34,203 bases of DNA, from positions 1-34,203 of the forward strand of contig JANPNT010000403.1 of NCBI GenBank assembly GCA_031427655.1. Direction: 5' to 3'. The stretch's first letter is position 1. Every line of letters starts with the position of its first letter. Source of the stretch: Burkholderiales bacterium (GTDB lineage: Bacteria > Pseudomonadota > Gammaproteobacteria > Burkholderiales > Burkholderiaceae_C). A program made the translations under genes and the position numbers. The notes under the pieces are model-generated. The model was given only the letters and a program-made list of their open reading frames with translations. It was not told the origin of the DNA and ran no database searches. Positions 1 through 7,153 of this stretch are shown piece after piece.

Positions 1-165
1 CGCCACAGAAGAACATGGACTTCAGCGGTAGAGATGGCCTGATGTTCCAGCCCTGATGTCGTCTTCACAATTCGCTTCACGTTGAGACATCCAGCAAACA
101 GCGCAAGCAAGCTGGTGTCAGGCAACACCGAACAACCGCCAACCCTCAACAGCCCGGAGCAGACC

Positions 166-489
166 ATGAACGCAGATCAAATGTTGACCGAAATCCGTGA
201 AGCCAACTTGTCGTACTTGATGTTGGCGCAAAGCCTGATCCGTACCGACCGGGACCAAGCGCTCTACCGATTGGGTGTCAGCGAAGACACCGCCGCGTTG
301 ATCGCACTGCTGACGCCCGCACAGATGATGAAGATTGCGTCAGGCAACACGCTGCTGTGCCGCTTCCGCATGGACGACGACTTGGTCTGGGGCTTGCTGA
401 CCAACCACGGCAAGGGTGCTGCGAACGACACGACCAGTCGCTTGCACGCCAGCATTCTGATGGCCGGTCGCCACCAAGAAGCTGCGTGA
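166..489 (+). CDS. flhD: Flagellar master transcriptional activator subunit FlhD
   Basis: Part of ORF 82..489. ATG at 166 has GGAG at 157-160. The 107-aa product reads MNADQMLTEIREANLSYLMLAQSLIR...LGVSEDTAALIALLTPAQMMKIASGNTLLCRFRMDD, which is typical FlhD. flhC lies downstream on the same strand. TTG at 82 would only add a 28-aa non-conserved extension. Confidence 0.9.
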   Translation: MNADQMLTEIREANLSYLMLAQSLIRTDRDQALYRLGVSEDTAALIALLTPAQMMKIASGNTLLCRFRMDDDLVWGLLTNHGKGAANDTTSRLHASILMAGRHQEAA

Positions 490-516
490 ATGAGAGCCCC
501 GGCGCGGGGTACCGCG

Positions 517-608
517 CCACCCCCGAGGGGTGGCTTACGAGCACCCCCGAGGGGTGCCTTACGAGCACCCCCGAGGGGTGCCTTACGAGCACCCCCGAGG
601 GGTGACGA
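517..608 (+). repeat. Tandem repeat, 24-bp unit x about 3.8 (gcacccccgaggggtgccttacga) in the flhD-flhC intercistronic spacer
   Basis: Copies read directly at 517-540, 541-564, 565-588 and 589-604 (partial). Each unit contains the perfect palindrome gcacccc-cga-ggggtgc (7-bp GC stem, 3-nt loop). Confidence 0.95.
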
Positions 609-696
609 ACCACCTTGGGGCGGCCCGGCGGTGTCTCATCTCTCGCCGAACACCACCGTTCAAACATCTAAACCAGTCAAGCCAGGAGCAAATTAA

Positions 697-1233
697 ATGC
701 GTGTCAAAAGCATACTCACCGAAGCCAAGCAGATCAATCGTGCTGTCACCCTCATCAATTTGGGTGCTCGCTTGCAAGTGCTCGAATCAGAAACCGACCT
801 GAGCTATGAACGCCTGCTGCGTTTGTACAAAGAAGTGGCCGGCAAGTCGCCGAGCAAAGGCCAGTTGCCCTTCTCCACCGACTGGTTCATGACGTGGCAG
901 CCCAACATCCACGCCTCGCTGTTCCTCAACATCCATGAGTACCTGAACAAGGTGGCCGAGATGGACGAGATCGACACCGTCATCAAGGCTTATCAGCTTT
1001 ACACCGAACAGACCACGGCACAAGGCCTGGAAGCGCTGTTGTCCGTTACCCGCGCATGGCGCTTGGTGAAGTTTGTCGACAACGGCATGTTGACCATGAC
1101 CAAATGCTCCAAGTGCGGCGGCCACTTCGTGACCCACCCGCACGAAATTGCCAAGCACTATGTGTGCGGCCTGTGCAACCCACCTGCGCGCGCCGGAAAA
1201 GGCAAGGCAGTGGGCGGCATTCAGATGCACTGA
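697..1233 (+). CDS. flhC: Flagellar master transcriptional activator subunit FlhC
   Basis: 178-aa ORF. KSILTEAKQI..LINLGARLQVLESETDLSYERLLRLYKE...PFSTDWFMTWQPNIHAS closely parallels enterobacterial FlhC. The C-terminal zinc site is CSKCGG...CGLC. AGGAG at 684-688 lies 8 nt before the ATG. Confidence 0.95.
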   Translation: MRVKSILTEAKQINRAVTLINLGARLQVLESETDLSYERLLRLYKEVAGKSPSKGQLPFSTDWFMTWQPNIHASLFLNIHEYLNKVAEMDEIDTVIKAYQLYTEQTTAQGLEALLSVTRAWRLVKFVDNGMLTMTKCSKCGGHFVTHPHEIAKHYVCGLCNPPARAGKGKAVGGIQMH

Positions 1234-1291
1234 ATTTCAAATTGACTGACTGATCACCGTTGTTCTCCTCCTGGCACCCTGGGGTGTCTTC

Positions 1292-1320
1292 GAGCGGGCC
1301 TTGTGCCCGCTCTTTTTATT
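1292..1320 (+). terminator. Rho-independent terminator downstream of flhC
   Basis: gagcgggc (1292-1299), loop cttgt, gcccgctc (1305-1312), then tttttattt. Perfect 8-bp GC-rich stem plus T-tract, 59 nt after the flhC stop. Confidence 0.8.
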
Positions 1321-1381
1321 TCACCTGGCCTTGTGCCCGCTCTTTTTATTTCACCTGGCCTTGTGCCCGCTCTTTTTATGG
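1297..1381 (+). repeat. Tandem repeat, 30-bp unit x 2.8 (ggccttgtgcccgctctttttatttcacct) duplicating the 3' half of the flhC terminator
   Basis: Copies at 1297-1326, 1327-1356 and 1357-1381 are identical. Only copy 1 is preceded by the left stem arm gagcgg, so only it folds as a full hairpin. Confidence 0.95.
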
Positions 1382-1396
1382 CGCCGAGCCTTTTCC

Positions 1397-1423
1397 TCAA
1401 GCGTGCCGTGAAGCGGTCGATAT
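1397..1423 (+). promoter_or_regulatory. Candidate sigma-28 (FliA)-type promoter upstream of the TBDR/YfiR/kinase module
   Basis: TCAAG (1397-1401), N14, GTCGATAT (1416-1423). Same geometry as the motA promoter at 9406-9432, but only 6/8 match to GCCGATAA. Lies 82 nt upstream of ATG 1505. Confidence 0.35.
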
Positions 1424-1504
1424 CCATACATCCGCGAGTTCAGTGTGTGCCTGCACCCTGTGCTTTCAATCCGCCTTCGCTAGAAGGCCCCTAGCAGTCT
1501 CAAA

Positions 1505-3517
1505 ATGATCCTTCTTCCTTTTTTTGCCACGCGCAGGCTTGCTGTGCCATTTGCCAGGCGCACGGTTGGACCCGCGCTGCTGTACGTGGCGCTGACGGCT
1601 GCATTCCCGGCGCACGCGGCGCAGCCGGCAGACCTCACCACCTTGAGCCTGGAGCAATTGCTCGACATCAGCGTGGTCGGGGCATCCAAATACGAGCAAA
1701 AGCAAAACGAAGTTGCTGCGGCCGTCAGCGTCGTCACGCGCCAGGAAATCAAGGCCTTCGGCTGGCGCACGCTGGAAGAAGCGCTGGCCAGCTTGCCGGG
1801 CGTGCACAGCAGCTACGACCGGCAGTACGCTTACATCGGTGCCCGCGGCTTTGGCCTGCCCGGCGACTACAACACGCGCATGCTGGTGACCATCAACGGC
1901 AACCGCTTCAACGATCCAACCTACGACGCCGGCCCGTTCGGGCGACAGCTCCCGCTGGACATGGACCTCATTGAGCGCATTGAATACATCCCCGGCCCGG
2001 GCGGCGCGGTGTACGGGCAGAACGCAATGTTCGGCGTCGTCAACGTGGTCACGCGCGACGGTGCCAGCCTCAACGGCTCAGAAGTTGCTGCGGCGTATCA
2101 AAGCCCGCAGGCCACGCGCGAGGGCCGCGCGAGCTGGGGTAAAAAGTTCGACAGCGGGCTGGATGCGCTGGTGTCGGTATCGGGCGTGCGTTCGCGCGGC
2201 GAAGACCGCTTCATCGACTTCGGCAGCGCCAACGTATCGGGCATCGCTGCCGGATTGGACGGCGAGCGCGTGCAGCAGTTCTTCGGGCGCGTCGCCAGGG
2301 GCGCTTGGTCGTTCGAGCACGTCTACGGCGACCGCCGCAAAAACGACCCGACGGGTTTGTACCGGTCGGACCCCCTGGTGGCGGGGCAATTCCAACGCGA
2401 CAAATACGCCGTGAGCCAACTGCAGTACCAGGACCGCTTCGCGGACGACACCGTGCAGGTGTCGGCGCGCCTGTTCGCCGGCGAACAGGTCTACACCAGC
2501 GACCTGAGTTACACCACCGTGTACGCCTTCAAAACGGTGTCGCAGTGGCGCGGCTTGGAACTGCGTTTGCTCAGCACCGCCCTGGTCAATCACAAGATGA
2601 TGGTCGGCCTTGAAGCCCAGGACAACGCGCGCTCCGACCAGGTGGTGCAAGACCTCGCGAACCCCGCCAACGATTTGCTGATTCGCAGCCCGGGCTTCCG
2701 CGTTGGCCTGTTTGCGCAGGACGAATGGCGCATCAACGAATCTCTGAGCGCAACCCTCGGGCTGCGCGTTGACCGCAAAAACGCGACCGGGTCAAAGGCC
2801 AGCCCGCGTGCCGCGCTGATTTGGCAGGCGGCACCGGGCACCACCTTCAAGGCCTTGTACGGCAGGGCCCATCGGGCACCCAACGCGTTTGAGCGCGACT
2901 ACAGCGACGTCGTGGGGCAGGTCGGCAACCCGGCGCTCAACGGCGAAAGCATCGACACGCTGGAACTGGTGGCAGACCACCGCATCGGGCAGGACCTGAC
3001 CGTGCGCGCGGCGGCCTACCAATGGAACATGCACAACCTCGTCACGCTGGGCATCGACCCGGTCAGCGGTCTGGCGCAGTACCAGTCGGGCGAAAAGGTG
3101 AACGCTCGCGGCCTGGAGTTGTCGGCCGACAAGGCTTGGGCATCCGGTGCGCGCCTGCGAGGCAGCCTGTCTGCGCAAAACGTCCGCTACGGTGGCGGTG
3201 CACGCCTGCTCAATTCGCCCCAACTGCTGGGCAAGCTCAATTTGTCGGCACCCTTGCCCTGGGCTGGCCTGCGGGCCGGCTACGAGCTGCATTACGACAG
3301 CCAACGGCTGAGCCGGGACGGCACTGACATCAGCGGCTACGCCGTGTCCAACCTGCATCTCAGCACCACGGCGCTGGCCAAGGGCTTGGATGTGTCGGTG
3401 GGCATCTACAACCTGTTCGACAAACGCTATGCACAGCCGCTTTCGCACAACAGCTGGCAAAACGCGCTGGAACAAGACGGCCGCAGCGTGCGCGTCAAAG
3501 CCGGTTTGCGGTTCTGA
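1505..3517 (+). CDS. TonB-dependent-receptor-like outer-membrane protein (signal peptide, plug, beta-barrel)
   Basis: 670 aa. Signal peptide ends AHAAQ. Plug motifs are LPGVHS...RGFG, NGNRFNDP and IERIEYIPGPGGAVYGQNAMFGVVNVVTR. Long beta-rich C-terminus ends in the aromatic residue ...VKAGLRF, typical of OMPs. Confidence 0.9.
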   Translation: MILLPFFATRRLAVPFARRTVGPALLYVALTAAFPAHAAQPADLTTLSLEQLLDISVVGASKYEQKQNEVAAAVSVVTRQEIKAFGWRTLEEALASLPGVHSSYDRQYAYIGARGFGLPGDYNTRMLVTINGNRFNDPTYDAGPFGRQLPLDMDLIERIEYIPGPGGAVYGQNAMFGVVNVVTRDGASLNGSEVAAAYQSPQATREGRASWGKKFDSGLDALVSVSGVRSRGEDRFIDFGSANVSGIAAGLDGERVQQFFGRVARGAWSFEHVYGDRRKNDPTGLYRSDPLVAGQFQRDKYAVSQLQYQDRFADDTVQVSARLFAGEQVYTSDLSYTTVYAFKTVSQWRGLELRLLSTALVNHKMMVGLEAQDNARSDQVVQDLANPANDLLIRSPGFRVGLFAQDEWRINESLSATLGLRVDRKNATGSKASPRAALIWQAAPGTTFKALYGRAHRAPNAFERDYSDVVGQVGNPALNGESIDTLELVADHRIGQDLTVRAAAYQWNMHNLVTLGIDPVSGLAQYQSGEKVNARGLELSADKAWASGARLRGSLSAQNVRYGGGARLLNSPQLLGKLNLSAPLPWAGLRAGYELHYDSQRLSRDGTDISGYAVSNLHLSTTALAKGLDVSVGIYNLFDKRYAQPLSHNSWQNALEQDGRSVRVKAGLRF

Positions 3518-3526
3518 GGCGTCGCC

Positions 3527-3796
3527 GTGCACTCCGTTCAACACATGACCACCAGCGTGCCGTGCGCGCGACGTTGGCGAGCGCGCTTTGCCCCGGGTTT
3601 GATGGCCGCCGCGTTGACCGTGCCAGGGGCCGTGCATCCCTACAGCGTGGATGCATTGCTGCGCATGCCGCTGGAGCGCCTGCTGCAATTGCAAGTCACG
3701 CAGCGAAGCACCTCACTGGGCAGCGCGGCAAAGGTGGCGAACGCGGCGCTGGCACCGGTCGTGAAGACCCACTGGGAGCAGCGTCGTGAGGCCTGA
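3527..3796 (+). CDS. Hypothetical small secreted protein (89 aa from GTG 3527; 83 aa from ATG 3545)
   Basis: ORF fills the TBDR-yfiR gap and overlaps the next start by 11 nt. Third-position GC is about 80% by eye. N-terminus is signal-peptide-like (RRWRARFAPGLMAAALTVPGAV). The motif MPLERLLQLQVT echoes LSLEQLLDISVV at the mature N-terminus of the TBDR. No family recognised. Confidence 0.45.
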   Translation: MHSVQHMTTSVPCARRWRARFAPGLMAAALTVPGAVHPYSVDALLRMPLERLLQLQVTQRSTSLGSAAKVANAALAPVVKTHWEQRREA

Positions 3797-4316
3797 TCGC
3801 CACCTGTTTCTTTGGGCCCTGAGCCTGCTCGGGCTGTTGTCGTTCAGCGCGCCGGCGCGCAGCGAAGAACTGCCCGAATACAGGCTCAAGGCCGCCTTCG
3901 TCTACAACTTCATTGCCTACACCGAGTGGCCGGCCGCAACGGGCAGCACGCTGAACTTGTGCATCGTCGGAGCCGACCCGTTTGGTGCCGAGATCGACGG
4001 CTTGCAGGGCAAGGCCGCTGCCGGCCGGAAGATCGCGGTGTCTCGCAAGGGCGCTGGCGAGCCGCTGAAGGACTGCCAGGTCGTGTTCATCGCTGCCTCG
4101 GCCGTAGACGGCCTGCCGCGCGTGCTGGAAAACCTGCAACGGCGGCCGGTGCTGACGGTGGCAGACAGCAGCGGTGCCATGAGGCGTGGTGCGGTGCTGA
4201 ACATGAACATGGTGCAGGGCAAGGTCACGTTCGAGGCCAACCTGCAGGCCGCTCGCGATGCGGGTCTGGATCTGAGCTCCAAGCTGCTGCGCTTGGCGAC
4301 CGAAGTTCAGCAATGA
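3786..4316 (+). CDS. YfiR-family (DUF4154) periplasmic protein
   Basis: 176 aa with a signal peptide (LFLWALSLLGLLSFSAPARS). Hallmark EYRLKAAFVYNFIAYTEWP, plus LCIVG, VVFIA, PVLTVAD, INMVxxxGKVTFEANL and SSKLLRLA, as in YfiR/DUF4154 proteins. Confidence 0.88.
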   Translation: MRPDRHLFLWALSLLGLLSFSAPARSEELPEYRLKAAFVYNFIAYTEWPAATGSTLNLCIVGADPFGAEIDGLQGKAAAGRKIAVSRKGAGEPLKDCQVVFIAASAVDGLPRVLENLQRRPVLTVADSSGAMRRGAVLNMNMVQGKVTFEANLQAARDAGLDLSSKLLRLATEVQQ

Positions 4317-4355
4317 AGCCCAAGAAATGGAACCCCACAACATGACACCCACCGC

Positions 4356-4697
4356 ATGAAACCCACAATTGCACTCGGCGAGCTGTTGCGCCGCATCAAC
4401 CACATGGCGCTCGGCGCCGCCGTGGGTATCGTCGCGCTGGTGGTGGTTCTCAGCAGTTTTGGTCTGGGTCTGCTGTCACTCATTGAGGCCAGCCAGATCC
4501 AGGCACGCGTGCTGGCCGAGAACGCGTCTGCGGCGCTGGCATTCAGCGACAAAAAAGCCGCCGGCGAGCTGTTGCAGTCGCTGCGCAACGCGCCCGACAT
4601 CGAGGTCACCGCTCTGTACGACCAGAACGGCCATTTGTTTTCCTTTTACCAACGGGACAGCGAGCGGCCGCCTGCGCTGCGGGCGATTTGCTGCTGA
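4356..4697 (+). CDS. N-terminal fragment of CHASE8 sensor hybrid histidine kinase (TM1 plus first half of the sensor domain); apparently separated from the rest by a frameshift
   Basis: 113 aa. TM helix [23 protein letters not shown], then [52 protein letters not shown], which is CHASE8-like. Stops at 4695-4697, while the continuation of the same domain reads on in another frame. Confidence 0.6.
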   Translation: MKPTIALGELLRRINHMALGAAVGIVALVVVLSSFGLGLLSLIEASQIQARVLAENASAALAFSDKKAAGELLQSLRNAPDIEVTALYDQNGHLFSFYQRDSERPPALRAICC

Positions 4698-7153
4698 AGC
4701 CGACCTACTTGGTGGTGGGGCAGTTGGTGAAGACCGCCCCCGGCGCGGCAGGGCGGTTGGTGCTGCGGGTCGGACTGGCCGGCCTGTACCGACAGACCGG
4801 CTGGCAAGTGGCCGCCACCGGGTTGGCGGCGCTGCTGGCCCTGATGGCCAACCGCATCCTGCTGCGCCGCTTGAACGCGTCGGTGCTGCGGCCCTTGTCC
4901 AGCCTGAACAAGCTGATGGACCGCGTGTCGGAAGAGGGCGACTTCAGCGTGCGCGCGCGGCGCGCCCGCGTTGCCGAACTCAACACCCTGGGCAACGGCT
5001 TCAACGCCATGCTCGAACAAATTCACGAGCGTGACACCCGCCTGGCCACCCACCGCGACCATCTGGAAGAGGAAGTGGCCGCGCGCACCCAGCAGCTCCA
5101 GCACGCAGTAGAGGTGGCCGAAGCCGCGAGCCAGGCCAAGAGCGAGTTCCTGGCCACGATGAGCCACGAGATCCGCACGCCGATGAACGGCGTGTTGGGC
5201 ATGAACGAACTGCTCATCGACAGCGAACTGCAACCCACGCAGCGCGTCTGGGCCGAAGCGGTGCAAACATCGGGGCGCCATTTGCTGGGCGTCATCAACG
5301 ACATCCTGGACTTCTCGAAAATCGAAAGCGGGCATCTGGAACTGGAAGCGGTGGACTTCAGTCTGGCCGACGCGGTCGAGGAAGCGCTGGCGATGGTGGC
5401 GCAGCCGGCCGAAGCCAAAGGCCTCGAACTGGCGGTGCAATTCAACCCCCACGACGCGCCATTGGCCTTTCGGGGCGACCCGTTCCGCCTGCGCCAGGTG
5501 GTCTCGAACCTGCTGGGCAATGCGATCAAGTTCACCGAGGAAGGCGAGGTGGTCGTTCGCGTCACCCTGATGAAGCAAACCGACTCCGAAGCCGACGTGC
5601 GCATCAGCGTCGAAGACACCGGCATCGGCATCGCGCCGCAGGCCGTGCAAAAAATCTTCGAACACTTTTCACAGGCCGACAGCTCGACGACGCGGCGCTA
5701 CGGCGGCACCGGCCTGGGCTTGGCGATTTGCCGGCGCTTGCTGAACCTGATGGGCGGCAGCATCCGCGTCGAAAGCGTGCCAGGTCAAGGCTCGAAGTTC
5801 ATCGTCGACCTGCGCTTGCCGCTGGCTCGCGAGACAGCGCTGGTGCCATTGACCCCGGCAGCGCTGACAGACGTGCGCGTGTTGGTGGTGGACGACAACC
5901 AAACCAACCGCGACATCCTGCGACAGCAGTTGCAGGGATGGCACATGCGGGTGCACTGCGTCGAAGGTGGCGCACAGGCACTGAGGGCGATGGCCGACGC
6001 GGTGCGCGAAGGTCGCCCGTTCGACCTGGCCGTGCTGGACATGCACATGCCGGGCATGGACGGCTTGGAACTCGCCCGCCACATCCAGGCTCAACCGGCG
6101 CTGTTGCGCACCCGGCTGATCATGTTGAGTTCGACCTACATCAGCGCAGATCCACACGCCCGCGCACAGGCCGGCATTTTGCGTTACCTGAACAAGCCGG
6201 TGCGACGCGCCGACCTGTTGAATGCGGTCACCGGCGTGCTGCGCGCTGTCTTGGTCGACCCCGCGCCGCGACCTCTGCCCGATGCGTTGTTCAGCGCCTT
6301 GCAGGGCCTGGTGCTGCTGGTCGAAGACAACCCCATCAACCAAGGTGTGGCCAAGGCGATGCTGACCAAGCTCGGTCTGCAATACCAGGTGGCCGGTGAT
6401 GGTGCGCAGGCCGTCGACCGGGTGCGCGCCACTAATTTCGACCTCGTGCTGATGGATTGCCAAATGCCGGTGATGGACGGCTACGAGGCCACCGCAGCGA
6501 TCCGCAATCTTCCGCAGGGCCGTGGCACCCACCTGCCCATCGTGGCGCTGACGGCCAACGCCATGCAGGGCGACGAACAGCTTTGCCTGGACGCCGGGAT
6601 GAACGGCTTCCTCGCCAAGCCCTACACGCTGGCAGCGCTGCACGCCACCTTGGCGGGCTGGCTGCACGGTGAGGCTGCGCTCACGCGCCAGCTGGCGCAG
6701 CCGCCTTTGCAACCGGCGCAGCCGCAGCCGCAGCCGCGGCGTCAGATGAGCCCGCAGCCGCTCGCTGCGGTGCTTGTCTCGACCGCCGCCGTCGCCAAGG
6801 CGGCCATCAACATGGCCGCCATCGACTCGCTGCGCGAACTCGACGAGCCCGGCAGCACCGAATTGGTCTCGCAGTTGGTGACCTCGTTTTTGAAGTCGGC
6901 CGACGACAACCTCGCGCGGGTGGCCGCCGCGCTGGCCGATGGCAACGCCAAGGCCTTGAGTCAGGCCGCCCATTCGCTGAAGTCCAGCGCTGCCAACTTG
7001 GGCGCCGAGGCGCTGGCCGGCTGCTACCGCGAACTTGAGAAGTGCGCACGCGAAGCGCGGATCGACGATGCGCGCTGCCTGCTGGAGCAGACCCGGCGTG
7101 AGCACCAACGGGCCGTGCTGGAACTGAGCGAACTGCTGCTGGAGGTCGCATGA
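4688..7153 (+). CDS. Hybrid sensor histidine kinase (second half of CHASE8, TM2, HAMP, HisKA, HATPase_c, REC, REC, Hpt)
   Basis: 821-aa ORF; the frame is open from 4487. H-box [19 protein letters not shown]-box [10 protein letters not shown]-boxes VEDTGIGI and [12 protein letters not shown]1 is VLVVDDN...[11 protein letters not shown]...LNKP. REC2 is LLVEDNP...[11 protein letters not shown]...LAKP. PQPQPQP linker. Hpt motif [13 protein letters not shown]. The TTG 4688 start is only the first start codon in the open frame, and the true N-terminus is probably ORF 4356..4697. Confidence 0.85.
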   Translation: MLLKPTYLVVGQLVKTAPGAAGRLVLRVGLAGLYRQTGWQVAATGLAALLALMANRILLRRLNASVLRPLSSLNKLMDRVSEEGDFSVRARRARVAELNTLGNGFNAMLEQIHERDTRLATHRDHLEEEVAARTQQLQHAVEVAEAASQAKSEFLATMSHEIRTPMNGVLGMNELLIDSELQPTQRVWAEAVQTSGRHLLGVINDILDFSKIESGHLELEAVDFSLADAVEEALAMVAQPAEAKGLELAVQFNPHDAPLAFRGDPFRLRQVVSNLLGNAIKFTEEGEVVVRVTLMKQTDSEADVRISVEDTGIGIAPQAVQKIFEHFSQADSSTTRRYGGTGLGLAICRRLLNLMGGSIRVESVPGQGSKFIVDLRLPLARETALVPLTPAALTDVRVLVVDDNQTNRDILRQQLQGWHMRVHCVEGGAQALRAMADAVREGRPFDLAVLDMHMPGMDGLELARHIQAQPALLRTRLIMLSSTYISADPHARAQAGILRYLNKPVRRADLLNAVTGVLRAVLVDPAPRPLPDALFSALQGLVLLVEDNPINQGVAKAMLTKLGLQYQVAGDGAQAVDRVRATNFDLVLMDCQMPVMDGYEATAAIRNLPQGRGTHLPIVALTANAMQGDEQLCLDAGMNGFLAKPYTLAALHATLAGWLHGEAALTRQLAQPPLQPAQPQPQPRRQMSPQPLAAVLVSTAAVAKAAINMAAIDSLRELDEPGSTELVSQLVTSFLKSADDNLARVAAALADGNAKALSQAAHSLKSSAANLGAEALAGCYRELEKCAREARIDDARCLLEQTRREHQRAVLELSELLLEVA

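Noticed and set aside
82-165. TTG 82 as the flhD start; similarly 11848 for cheZ, 15076 for the LuxR regulator, 28242 for pcaC-D, 21479 for the YHS gene, 32963 for the monooxygenase and 22870 for the ATP-grasp gene
   Set aside because: The extensions are non-conserved or basic low-complexity sequence, and several overlap the preceding gene (cheZ, monooxygenase, ATP-grasp). Internal ATG or TTG codons with SD sequences or stop-start overlaps give products that begin where the family homology begins.
490-696. 68-aa ORF exactly filling the flhD-flhC gap (MRAPARGTAPPPRGGLRAPPRGALRAPPRGALRAPPRG...) as a real protein
   Set aside because: Third-position GC is only about 50% in a genome where real genes show about 80%. 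It uses rare tta/cga/agg/gca codons, has no SD, and its periodic peptide is just the translation of a 24-bp DNA repeat. Kept only as a caveat in the repeat finding.
517-1381. Tandem arrays (517-608, 1297-1381, and also 10365-10436 and 18621-18692) as CRISPR arrays
   Set aside because: Units abut directly with no unique spacers, there are only about 3 copies each, units differ between loci, and no cas genes are present.
1260-1508. ORFs 1260..1508 and 1303..1494 (PCARSFYFTW and PALFISPGLV repeats) as repeat proteins
   Set aside because: They are translations of the triplicated terminator segment in an intergenic region, with no SD and atypical codon usage.
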